Below, piece by piece: positions 51,992 through 64,000 of a DNA stretch of 64,000 nucleotides. Position 1 is the first letter of the stretch. Every line of letters begins with the position of its first letter. Origin of the DNA: Flaccisagitta enflata (lineage: Eukaryota); assembly GCA_965153355.1 (NCBI GenBank), contig OZ231126.1, positions 13,516,001 through 13,580,000 of the forward strand. Reading direction: 5' to 3'. The position numbers and the translations under genes are program-made. The notes under the pieces are model-generated. The model was not told the DNA's origin, did no database searches, and saw only the letters and a list, made by a program, of their open reading frames with translations.

Positions 51992-53954
51992 ATAATTATA
52001 CATCTTTAGCTGTGAATCGTCTTTCGTAATCATTCAGTCTTGTTCTTAAGAAAATTGCAATTCTGTATCAGGTTTTTGATTAAACTTTTGCCATCTTTTC
52101 CAAAATGTTTACGTTGGCTGAGAATATAACATCATGGCAGGTAGATAGTTACGATACAATGCTAATTACTGTGATTTCCTCACTTTTGGACAGCAGCCCC
52201 AAAGGGGGGAATTTCCAGATGTTCGTCTATCCTTTGGTCATTCCGCCTTATCCTTCCATCCATCTGTCTGCCCCCCCCCCATGGCTGGCTCAATTTTTGC
52301 CCTCTTAGCCCTCAAGTTAGCCCTCCCCAACCTCCATTTAGTCCTCCAGGCTTCAAATTCGCCCTCCCGGCTTAAAATTTGCCCTTAGGACCTCTAATCT
52401 GCCCTCCAGACCTCAAAACTTCCCCCTTGTCCTCTTATCAGCCCTCCAGGCTTCAAATCAGCCCTCTGTGTCTAGAGTCAAATCCACCCTCCTGAAATCT
52501 CTTCTGCTACCAAGACCTCAAATCTGCCCTCCTGAACTATCAGCCCTCCAGGTTTCTAATCAGCCATCTGTGCCTCGAGTCTGCTCTCCAGGCCCCAAGC
52601 TTATTGCTGTTCCTCAAGTTTGCTAAGCCTCAAATCCGCCTGCAATTCCTCAAATCAGTTATCTGAGGCCTAAAATATGCCTACCGGGATGTTGGAAATT
52701 CACCCCTGTGTCCTACAGGACATCAGCCATTTAGGACCGCTGACCTGTTCTCACTCCACTTCTCCACTTGATCACTCCCAGCACGGCATTGGATACAACT
52801 GCTTATGAGTGATCCTTGGATGACTAGTTTTACCCATTTTCTGGCAGGGGATTGCTTTTTAGGCAGCATCTTCGAAAGGGAGGAAGTCTTGTAGCCAACA
52901 AGGGGGCTTTTGTTCGTCCATCCTTCCATCCATTTGTCTCCCTTGTTGAGCCTCTAGGGCCTTGAATGAGACTTCCGCCCTGAAATCAGGTCTCTCAGAA
53001 CTTAAACCAGACCTCTCAATCATTGAATTAGCTTCTTGGGCAGTGGCTTCCAAGGGGACAAAGTCCTGTAGAACACAGGGGGACTTTTATTTGTCTGTTT
53101 ATTCATTCATTTGTCTATCTGCCCCCAATCCCAATCAGGCCTCTCAGGCCTCAAATCCAGCCTCTCAAGCCCCAAATATGGCCCCCCAAACTAGGCATCT
53201 CAGGCTTCAAAACAGCCATCTAAGCTTGAAATCAGAGCTCTCTGGCTTCGAATCAGTCCTCTATGCCCCTCTTAAGTCTTAGGCAGATTCAAGGCTTGAG
53301 AGGGTAGGTTTCATGCCTGAGAGGGCAGATTTCAGGCCTGATAGAGCTTAGAGGGCCTGGGGGCTCGCATCTCTTGAGCTGCTCTCCCAAACAGTCCCCA
53401 ATTGTTTAGCTAGCTTGATTGTCTACGCTGATCATGCCCCCATCCCTCCCACCTCCACAATTCATTTTCTCTTATATTAAAATCCATGCATTACTTTAAC
53501 ATATCCAGCACATCATTCATTAAGTTCTTTAAAGACCCAATGAAGTAAAAAATGTCATAAGAAAGAAGTGGATTGCGTTTAATCTCCAAATTTTTATTAC
53601 CAATTATACTTTTAAAGAAATTTCTTTTTCAAATAAGGAATTCATGAAAAATGAACACTCAACTACTTTATGCAAATAGTATCCTACTTTTTCCACATCT
53701 ATTCATGTCACCAGTAAACTACCTACTCAGTGACAGTGCAAATAAACCTACCAGTAACGACGAGGGCGCATCTATTGTTTGTCTATCAAACTTGTTTTCC
53801 TCCAACTAAGCAAATACAATCGATTCTCCGGCGGGAAACTGAAACTGAACGCGGCAATCACGTGTCCCAAGTTGGGACTCCCAACACAGCTTTTCTACGT
53901 CTGTCCATTTATTGACTGATCAATTTGTCATTTTGCTTGTTGTTGTTGTTCTTT

Positions 53955-54040
<86 letters not shown>

Positions 54041-54047
54041 ATTGTCG

Positions 54048-54142
<95 letters not shown>

Positions 54143-54755
54143 GCTGTTCCTCTTCCTCTTTTTCTTTTTTCTTTTTCTTTTTCTTCCTTTCCTTTCCATC
54201 ATTCAGTCTATACGTTTGTCTGTCTGTTGATCGATTTGTACCATTAAGACCTCTAGCGGTGTTCAATTACCGCTGATGTTGTGTTTCTTCTGAAAGACAT
54301 CATTGAGCTCCTTCACGAAGACCTTAGCTTTGAGACCCAAATCCCAGTCTCAGAGCCCAAATCCCATCCTTGAGGCCAAAATCCCATACTTGAAGCTCAA
54401 ATCCCAGCTCTGAGGCCCAAATCCCAGCCTAAAGGTCCAACCCCCAAGCCTGAATCCCAGCCCAAAGGCCCAAATCCCTATCGCTCGAAGGTGAAGAAGA
54501 AAATTCCTCATATGTGGGAAAGGATGGGTCATCGACCCCTTCAGGGCCGCTGCCGTGCTCCCTCTCCCAACTTTAATCATAACCTACTTGGGCAGGTCAC
54601 GGGTACCGCTGACCATCGGACGCTTTTGCGACTATTTTGTATCATTCCCATCGTCATCGTCTTCATCAGGTACATTACATTGAATGGAATAATATCGATC
54701 TGCCTTCTATATCGTATTTCAAATATAATTCGCTTCAAATGGTGGTGGTGGGAGA

Positions 54756-55622
54756 TAGTCCGCCAGCGAATTTGGGGGTGTTCATCAACGGGGAATGAAC
54801 GCATGTTGCTGAACAATGCCATAGAGTTGTTCATGAACGACTAAAAAGAGGCTCTTGGCAAACGATTTTGTTCATGGAGGGCGCAAAAAGACCTGTTCAT
54901 GAACAACCGTTAATTGAGGGGTAAAAAAAGCCGTTGCTGAACAGGTAAAAAAAAACACTCCACCAATAGTTTTGTTGGTGGAGTGGGTTCTTGACACATG
55001 CTCATCTGGCTGTTAAAGAACAACAAAAAAAGTTTTTTGATAACAGTTTTGAGCATCAAGTTTAATGTTATAAAGAGTTTATTAAGGAAACCTTTTTGAC
55101 TCTTTATGAATGGCTGGGTTAAAAGATATTTTGTTAGAGGTGAAGTGATCTTAGGACTATGTTCATCAATACTGCTTTTCGGCTGTTCATGAATAGCAAA
55201 TTTTCATTGAGTGGATAAAAAATCCAGTGATTGAGTGAACCTTTTACAAACACATATGAAAGAGATTTTTTTGCCATGAATGGATTAGTCTTGACACTAC
55301 CTTCATAATTCTAAAACCATAAATGATGCTTATCTGGCTGTTTATGAAATACCAAATTTTACCTTTTGATGAACAGTTTTATTCATTGAGTAGATAAATG
55401 TTACAGTGAAGACTGAAGATGATACACATGGGGTATGAAGACAAAATTATTGGTGGAGTGGATTCTTTAGCCGTTCATTGAACGCGCTTTTTGTAGCCCT
55501 CTCTGAACAAAATCGTTGGGCAAAGGTCTTTTTTATTGTGTTCATCAACACCTGTATAGCATTGTTGCTGAACAGGCGTTCATTCCCCGTTGCTGAACGC
55601 ACCCAAATTCGCTGGCGGACTA
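54756..55622. mobile_element. Long-TIR MITE with TAG...CTA ends
   Basis: TAGTCCGCCAGCGAATTTGGG / CCCAAATTCGCTGGCGGACTA with about 150-bp arms and repeated TTCATGAA-type motifs; (GGT)n on both sides. Confidence 0.8.
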
Positions 55623-58006
55623 CCTGGGTGGTGGTGGTGGTGGTGGTGGTGGTGGTGGTGTGGTGTGGTGGTGGTGGTGGTGGTGGTGGTGGTGGAGGTG
55701 GAGGTGGTGGTGGTGGTGGTGGTGGCGGTGGCGGCGGCGGCGGCGGCGGCGGTGGTGGTGGTGGTGGTGGTGGTGGTGGTGGCGGCGGCGGCGGTGGTGG
55801 TGGTGGTGGTGGTGGTGGTGGTGGTGGACCCTATTTAAAATCCGAAAAAATGAAAAAAAGATTAATTTGAATTTAACATGAGAAAAAAAAGGTTTAAAAA
55901 TCATATGTAACTCAACAAGTATCGATCGTAGAGCATTCTGCGCGGGGCAAATTTCATTTAGTTACAACTAATTTTGATTATCATGCAAAACGCAGAATCA
56001 ACAACAGTATTTTTCCTTCCTGTTCGTTTTACGACCACCACAGCCGAATGTGCCACTGCCACTGACCCCTAAAACATCAGATGTAAAAAAATCCCATGTA
56101 TTCTTTAACATCATTTGTATTTCTTTGGTATTTTCTAAATAGTATTGAGAAGCGACTGATTATGCTTGAGTTACTATCTAGAGCAAAAGTATGGCAACAC
56201 CATAAGACTTTATTTATCTATTCAAAAAATGATACATGATAATATAGTAATATAATATAAAGTATAGCAACCAAAGCAGACCCCGGAGAGTCCATAATTA
56301 CTATCTTGTTTTCAGCAAGATAGTAATGGTTGCTACCAGTACAAAAACTTTGATCGAAATTAATAATATTTGTTTTTCTTTATGCCTTCACAAGTTGATA
56401 TGCTTAGATTTGTAGATTATGCTAGTCCCAATCGACTCCTATGAGTTGATGTTGTCATTGTCGTTGTCATTGTCGCTGTCATTGCCGTTGTCATTGTTGC
56501 TGTTATCGCCCGTGTTGTCGCTGTAGATGTCATTGTCAATTTTTTGCCGCTGTAGGTTGTCATCGTTTGATGCAGCATCAGTGTTTTTAGTCGCGTGCAC
56601 GCGACTCTACAGCTTGCTCTGTCGGTCGGTCCGTCCGTCGGTCGGTCGGTCCGTCGGTCACATTTTTGAATTTTAAGCGTTTTTAACATTTTTAAACATT
56701 TTTTTATATCTTTTTTAACTTTTTAAACATTTCTTAACATTTTTAGCATTTTTTAACATTTTTTTACATTTTTTAACATTGTACCTATTTTAACAATTTT
56801 TAACATTCTTTAACATTTTTTGACATTTTTTAACATTTCTTAACATTTTTTAACATTTTTTAACATTTTTGACATTTTTTAACATTTTGACATGTTTTTG
56901 CTCTTTTGTTTGTCATTTCCAGACGCACGCGACTGTTGCCGTTTTGGGCTTGTTGGTGACGATGCAGCTATCGCCGTTGCTGTTGCTGCATGTATCTCCT
57001 CAACTGTTGCCACAGCTGTTGTCTGTTGCCACAGCTGTTGCCGCAGCTGTTGCTGCAGCTGTTGCCGCAGCTGCCGCCGCAGCTGTCACCGCAGCTGTCG
57101 CCGTCATTGATTGATGCTGTTGTTGATGTCCTTGTCGTGAATGTTGCTATTTCTGATGTTGTCAGCGCTGCCCAGCTCAAATGTAATGGATCCCATCTGT
57201 AATAGAAAGAAGAGAGCGGCAGACAAATCCCAGCAGAACCTTGTCTTGTAGCAAGTTTGTTAGAATGTTCGTATTGCCGACATGTGGAATGTTTCTTTTG
57301 ATTGGTGTTGTCGCTGCGAAAATTTTTGTTGCTGTTATTGTTGCTGTTGTTGTTTTTGTTGTTGTTGCTATTGTTTATGCTGTCATTGCTGCTGTTGTTG
57401 ATGCTACAAGAGATGCTGTAGTATTTGCTGTTGGTGCCGTGGCTTTGCTGTTATATGATTCCGAAATATGTTCAATACTTGGTGTTCCCTCCCTGGGCAT
57501 CAATTCTCCTCCTCCTTCCTTTCCATTTGTTCACCCTCGTGAGGCAGAAGTCTCAGCCTCGAGGCTGAAATGTCAGCCTCGAGGCTCAACCCTTAGCCTT
57601 GAGGCTCATATTCCAGACTGGACACTCAAATCCTAGCCTCGGGGCTCAAATCATAGCCAAAGAGCTCAAATTCCAGTCTTGTAGCTCAAATTCCAACTTG
57701 GAAGCACAAATCCAAGGTACATTGCATTTTCTGACCTACTTTACCAATAAATTCTAGTTAATTTCTATGTATTCAATATACGATATTCATGGCAACAATG
57801 ATTCCTAAAGGCTGTGAAAGAAATTCGTAAGTCATAAATGGGCCTCTTTATTATGCATCTCCCCAGGTTATGGCCACATTGTTCGCCAACTCTTTATATC
57901 TTTCAGTTAGCCGATTTGCTTGCTGCATAGTGCATACGCATATCCTCGGCATCCTCGGATTTTTTAAAGGCATTTCGTGCGCAGTGAGAATTGATCATGA
58001 AAGGTT

Positions 58007-58120
58007 TATTACGAATGGAGATGTACATGCGCAAACCATTGAAGACGGCAATCGCAAAAGATGTCGAAAATTCTGGTTAATTTCTTCTAATTTTGCGCAT
58101 GTACATCTCCATTCGTAATA
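58007..58120. repeat. Perfect 29-bp inverted repeat with a 56-nt spacer
   Basis: TATTACGAATGGAGATGTACATGCGCAAA (58007-58035) and its exact reverse complement (58092-58120). Confidence 0.9.
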
Positions 58121-58501
58121 GACCATTCCTGATCATAACCTCTTTGCTTTTTTCAGACAAGCACCAAAAAGGATCCGGTGATATTTTGAGCGGCTGGTTG
58201 GCGAAAATTTTTTGCCAATGACATCGACAAAACGAAGTGCATCCCATCTGCCCCCCACCCCACAAGGCCGGATACACGGCTACCACAGTCATGTGCGAGT
58301 GGGTAGGGGCCATATTTGGGGTCACTATACCATTTGAGCAGGAGCATTGGGTCAAAAACTTATAAAAAGTAGAGTGGTGACGGACCGACACTTCGACAGA
58401 CCAACCAACCAACCGACAGACCGACAGACTAACAAAACAGAGTGCAGAGTCGCGTAGCACGCAACTAAGGAAACAAAATAACCTCTGTTTGTCTGTCTGT
58501 C

Positions 58502-58617
<116 letters not shown>

Positions 58618-58967
58618 ATGAAGAGTGGGAGAGAGAGTATCGATGTGTCTTTTCTTTGAGATAACGGCGTTTCAATAAGAAGAAGGCAGGAAGGAAGAAT
58701 ACAGTAAAGTTCTATTCATTCAATGAAATTTCAAACGCAATGATTAAAGAAAATCAGATGGAGGCAGTATTTATAGGAGAGAAAAACGTGATTACAATAA
58801 ATGTGAACTTGAGCAAAACGTGACCTCTTTTCACCTTGATTTTGCCCAAATATGTAAATATCTCGCCTTTTTACAAGTATAAATGAAAGAATGTTGACAA
58901 TTTCTTGTAGGAATTCGCACTTCTTAAACACGCGCAAATTGCAGTTGCAAGTCTCACATACCTACAT

Positions 58968-59079
<112 letters not shown>

Positions 59080-59275
59080 CCTTTCAGGGCCGCAGCCCAA
59101 ATGCAATAGGAATGGAGAAGAATATTCGCACCTGCACAAAAAAGTACCTCCTATCGGTTTATGACACGAGTGACACAACTGTTTTTATTTAATTGATAAT
59201 CTCAGTGACTCAAGAACATTTGAAGGAGTTCGCAGGAAAAAAATCTTTCCTTAGTAACTCTCAACAATCACCGAT

Positions 59276-59522
59276 TTAGCGATCCCCATACATGACTATA
59301 TTGACCAAGCTTGTCAAGGTTGTCGTTCCTCCACTTGCGAGAACGTGAACCCCGTAGCATCGATACCACCCTTGTGCTTGGCACGGAATCTCCCAAGACC
59401 TGGTTTGATCTGGTTGGTCAAATCCTGACTTGTTGATGGTGACCAGAGTTGTCCACGAAGAGCAATCATCAGATGCAATGATCTTGAAGGTGACGGGTGC
59501 CTGGTGGACGTCAGCACTTTCT
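59276..59522 (-). CDS. Terminal exon encoding the C-terminal half of the F5/8 type C-like domain
   Basis: AAACAG acceptor in phase 2 matches the previous exon. Encodes (K)ESADVHQAPVTFKIIASDDCSSWTTLVTINKSGFDQPDQTRSWEIPCQAQGWYRCYGVHVLASGGTTTLTSLVNIVMYGDR*, with the AP-x-x-F-x-I-x-x-S-x-D...W-T and Y-R-x-Y pattern. Confidence 0.8.
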
Positions 59523-60175
59523 CTGTTTAAAGCGAATTGGGATCGCTGTAATTGATTCATGGAGTTGGAAAAGCATCACATAAATAAAACAAGGCCAGAT
59601 TCACGGGTACCCTAGTCGCATGCGGGTGGGCAGGAGCAGTGCTGGAGAAGGTCACTAGGGCATCTGGGCAGGAGCCGTATGCTCAAAAAGCTCAAAAACG
59701 CCGAAAAAGTAATAGTGGCAAAAGCGTTAGATGGTCAGCGGTACCCGTGCCTTGCTTAAGTAGGTTGGGGTAGAAGTTGAGGGGGGAGCAGGGTACACAT
59801 ATGGGGAATTTTCTCCTCCTTCTCCTCCTCCTCTGCACCCCCCCCCCTTCCCCCAGCCTCGAGGCCCATATCTCAGCCTTGAGGCCCATATCCCAGCCTC
59901 GAGGCCCAAATCCCAGTCTTGAGGCCCAAATCCCTTGAGGCTGGAATTTGGGCCTCGGGGTTAAGATTTGAGCGTTGAGGTTGGGATTTGCACTTCAAGA
60001 CTGGGATTTGGGCCTCGAGGCTGGGATATGGGCCTCAAGGCTGAGATATGGGCGTCGAGGCTGGGGGGAGGGGGGGGGGTACCAAGGAGGAGGAGAAGGA
60101 GGAGAAAATTCCCAATATGTGTGAAAGCATAGGTTCTTTCTCTCTTTCTCTCTTCTTCTCTTTCTCTCTTTCTTC

Positions 60176-60229
<54 letters not shown>

Positions 60230-60230
60230 C

Positions 60231-60283
<53 letters not shown>

Positions 60284-61339
60284 TTTCTTTCTTTTCTTTT
60301 CTTTCTTTCTTTCTTTCTTCTTTCTTTCTTTCTTTCTTTCTTTCCTCTGGCCTCTTTCTTAAGCCTCTTAAGCCTTAATCGTCAGCGTCGTAGCGTAGCG
60401 TAGAATTTTCATGTCCACTAAAATATTCCTGTTGAAATTGAACGTCTTTTTATTCTAAGACCTTTAACAAGCTATCCCTATGGTAAAACTAAGTAATTTC
60501 AATGTTAAACAGGTCGCCCAAGGGCAATATGTGGTCAGCGATACCCGTTGCCCCGCTTTCCATGATTTTGAATTGGAGTAAAAGGAAGCAGGGCAGCGGC
60601 CCCGAAGGGGACGAAGTCCTGTAGAACACAGGGGGACTTTCGTTCGTCCGTCCGTCCATCCGTCCCCCCGAGGCTCTTTCAGGCCTGAAATCTGCCCTCT
60701 CAGGCCTGAAATCTACCCTCTCAAGTTTGAAATCTGCCCTCTCAGGCTCTGAATCTGAGAGGGCAGATTTCAGGCCTGAGAGGGCAGATTTCAGGTCTGA
60801 GAGGGCAGATTTCAGGTCAGAAAGGGCAGATTTCAGGCCTAAAAGGGCAGATTTCAGGCCTGAGAGGGCAGATTTCAGGCCTGAGAGGGCAGATTTCAGG
60901 CCTGAGAGGGTAGATTTCTGGGCTGAAAGAGCAGATTTCAGGCCTGAAAGGACAGATTTCAGGCCTGAGAGGGCAGATTTCAGGCCTGAGAGGGCAGATT
61001 TCAGGCCTGAGAGGGCAGATTTCAGGCCTGAGGGTAGATTTCAGGGCTGAGAAGGCAGATTTCAGGCCTGAGAGGGCAGATTTCAGGCCTGATAGGGTAG
61101 ATTATAGGCCTGAGGGCCTGGGGGGGGGACGAACGGACGGAAGGATGGAAGGACGAACGAAAGTCCCCCTGTGTTCTACATGCTCATATTTTTCGACGTC
61201 CAAGATCACTTTTATAGAAATAAGGTAGCACGGTAGCACCACATTCCTCGCCTTTCTTGTCTATGACATGGATGGTAAAAGTTCAAACTTGAAAAAGTTC
61301 ATTAGACCTAAGTCGCGTGCGTCGGCACTTTCAAAAAAG

Positions 61340-61654
61340 CAGGCCTGTATATTGTTCTACATTCCCCCCCCCCGGTGGGGGGGGGGAAAATAATCAAAGG
61401 GTTTGGAGATGGGAGAAAAAAATTAAGGGGGAAAAAAGAAAATTTGGGGAAAATAAAACTTTTGGCAGTACCAAATCATAAAAAATGTCTAGTAAAACAC
61501 AAATTAACACTATTTAATCCTTAAAAACACTGTTTTATTGCTATATAGGGAAGAAAAACATAGATTTTATAACGCGACGCGACGCGTCGCGGGGAAGAAA
61601 ATCAAAGGCAGGGGGGGAAACTAATCAAAGATCATAGAACTTTATACATCCCTG
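61340..61654. mobile_element. hAT-type MITE
   Basis: Imperfect TIR CAGGCCTGTATATTGTTCTA / TAGAACTTTATACATCCCTG; 8-bp TSD CAAAAAAG at 61332-61339 and 61655-61662. Confidence 0.8.
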
Positions 61655-63498
61655 CAAAAAAGTCAAACAGAAAGACCAACATTTTTTTCAAAAAGACGTT
61701 GCAAATAGTTGTTTACACCTCCAAGTTTCTTCTCTGCCATTCAGAGACTTAAAAAATGCAATAAAAAGCCTTTAAAACGACTTTGTGACGGACGGACCAA
61801 TGGACAGACCGACGGACCGACCGAAAAGTGGATTACAGAACAAGCGATACCCGTTGAACTGCTTTGCGTGATTGTGAATTGTAGTGAGAGGAAGCAGGGC
61901 AGCGGCCCCGAAGGGGACGATGTCCTGTAGAACACAGGGGACTTTCGTTTGTTTGTTTGTCGTTTGTCCATCTCCCCCCCCCCCAAGGCCCTCACAGTGC
62001 TGAAATCTGCCCTCTCAGGCCTGAAATCTGCCTATTCAGATTCAAACTCTGAGAGGGCAGATTTCAGGCCTGAGAGGGCAGATTTCAGGCCTGAGAGGGC
62101 AGATTTCAGGCCTGAGAGGGCAGATTTCAGGCCTGAGAGGGCAGATTTCAGGCCTGAGAGGACAGATTTCAGGCCTGAGAGGGTAGATTTTAGGCCTGAG
62201 AGGGTAGATTTCAGGCCTGAGAGGATAGATTTCAGACCTGAGAAGGCAGATTCAAGGTCTTAGAGGGCAGATTTCAGGCCTGAAAGGTCAGATTTCATGC
62301 CTGAACACCCTGATTTTATTCTTTTTATATTTGGAATTACAATGATCTACGATCGTTTCTTGCGTTTTCTCCAGAATTTTCGTTTGTGACCTCATGAATG
62401 GGCATATGGCTCATTTCTTCATTGAGTTTTTAGGGCTGGATTGATTTCTTAGCTGCTACGTCATTCTTTTCTATAGCGCAGCCAGTCCTTTCTTTGGTGG
62501 TGATTGAATATGTTCCATCAGTCCTTTTGTCTCTTATTTGCACTCGTTTGTCCGTTGGTTGGTTGGTCGGTCAGTTGGTTGGTCCGTCACGAAAACGTTC
62601 TACAATCCACAAAGAACACCTATTGGCCCACATAGCCTTGACCATAATTGAGGGTTTTTCTCATCCTCAACCACCGATTTCAATCGGCGTATTTTTGATA
62701 CATCCTCGCTCCTCTATGAGACAGGTCCGTTTGTTGGTTGGTTGGTCGGTTGATCACACATACATCCAACTCCCAAAATCTGAGGTTCTGTCAACAGAGA
62801 AGTGGGCAACCTTTTAATTCTTTCGTACATTTGACCTTTCTGTCATTCATTCAAGCATTTATTCATTCATTCATTCATTCATTCATTCATTCATTCATTC
62901 ATTCATTCACTCATTCATTCATTCATTCATTCATTCATTCATTCATTCATTCATTCATTCATTCATTCATAGAATCTTTCCTTCATAAGAAACGTTCATG
63001 AAATGAAAAAAAGGGTTATAAAGAAAAAAAAATTTTCCGTTTTATATTCAATTTTCTCAAATCTCGATAAGCAGAAGCTGTAACACGGGATTTTTCATAA
63101 ACGAAAATTCCGCTTCCAAACGAAGAATTGATTGTAATTCGCACTCGATTCAGGGTGTGAAAGGTCAGATTTCACGCCTGAGAGGGCAGATTTCAGGCCT
63201 AAGAGGACAGATTTCAGGCCTGAGAGGGTAGATTTTAGGACTGAGAGGGTAGATTTCAGGCCTGAGAGAGTAGATTTCAGACCTGAGAAGGCAGATTCAA
63301 GGCCTGAGAGGGCAGATTCCAGGCCTGATTGGTCAGATTTCAGGCCTGAAAGCTCAGATATCAGGCCTGAAAGGTCAGATTTCAGGCCAGGCTGAGGGGG
63401 GGGGACGGATAAACAAACGAACGAACGAAAGTCCCCTGTGTTCTACAGAACATCGTCCCCTTCGGGGCCGCTGCCCAAAAAGCGAAAATTAGTCATAC

Positions 63499-63712
63499 TT
63501 CCTGGTGGTGATGCTGATTTTGACCACTTTTCTCCTAGAATTGAATCGAAACCAAACAGTTGCTGGTAAAGTCTTGCTGGCCCATGGAAACCCATTTTGA
63601 GGTTTGAAAGCGTTTGCAGCTGCATGATCTAAACGCCACTCGGAAGTTGCACCGGAAGTTCCCCGATAAGAGATCCGTCGCAAGTTTTGAAACCGTTTGC
63701 GACAAAAAAATT
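63499..63712 (-). CDS. Exon encoding the N-terminal half of an F5/8 type C (discoidin/galactose-binding-like) domain
   Basis: TTTTTTGTTACCAG acceptor. Encodes FFCRKRFQNLRRISYRGTSGATSEWRLDHAAANAFKPQNGFPWASKTLPATVWFRFNSRRKVVKISITTR; AA|GTATGA donor, phase 2. Confidence 0.8.
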
Positions 63713-63748
63713 CTGGTAACAAAAAAGCAAGCAATGAGCACCTAATTC

Positions 63749-63832
<84 letters not shown>

Positions 63833-63912
63833 TTGTGTGTTAGAGAGAGAAAGGTTGTTCAGCCAAATCCGGTTTGCTGATTTAAGGTAAAATAATGGAA
63901 AAGACATACTAC

Positions 63913-63938
63913 CTTCTTTGTTGCTTTTTTCAGATATT
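63913..63938 (-). CDS. Possible short upstream exon of the F5/8-C protein
   Basis: TTATTGCAG acceptor, ISEKSNKE, AG|GTAGTA donor in a phase compatible with the 63712 exon. The 5' boundary is uncertain. Confidence 0.3.
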
Positions 63939-64000
63939 CTGCAATAAACCGAATCGATCAAAGCGCGTTTTTTTGTATGTTTGACAACCATCACGGTGGA

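Noticed and set aside
57870-58118. Candidate second exon for LRRC8 after the TTTCAG at 57906
   Set aside because: The phase-0 frame stops after 7 codons and other frames lack LRRC8 motifs.
60727-62263. (RPERADF)n and (LRGQISG)n repeat proteins
   Set aside because: Translation of the 21-bp core of family C elements; a unit length divisible by 3 keeps frames open.

Overview
Repeat-saturated, intron-rich animal genomic DNA; most six-frame ORFs are microsatellite or repeat artefacts. Manual splice reconstruction supports five gene models: (1) the first five coding exons of a secreted prepro-protein, possibly astacin-like (minus strand, 3949 to the left edge); (2) a coiled-coil-type terminal exon with an in-frame TGA (7838-8214); (3) a first coding exon of an LRRC8/VRAC-like channel (46282-46494) with no continuation I could find; (4) a two-exon type-I membrane protein with Ig-like domains and a mucin stalk (47049-49333); (5) the last exons of an F5/8 type C-like domain protein (minus strand, 63712 to 59276). 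The rest is non-autonomous mobile DNA: hAT-type elements with 8-bp target-site duplications (one splitting a 232-bp satellite), many long-TIR MITEs, Helentron/DINE-1-like elements, degenerate tRNA-like units and satellites. The most unusual element class is a pair of foldback families that share a GGGCAGCGGCCCC-GAA-GGGG terminus and a one-sided hairpin tail but carry different internal 20- or 21-bp arrays. An LRRC8-like gene in invertebrate-looking DNA would fit a cnidarian or invertebrate chordate, but this is inference. All alignments were done by eye; no searches were run.
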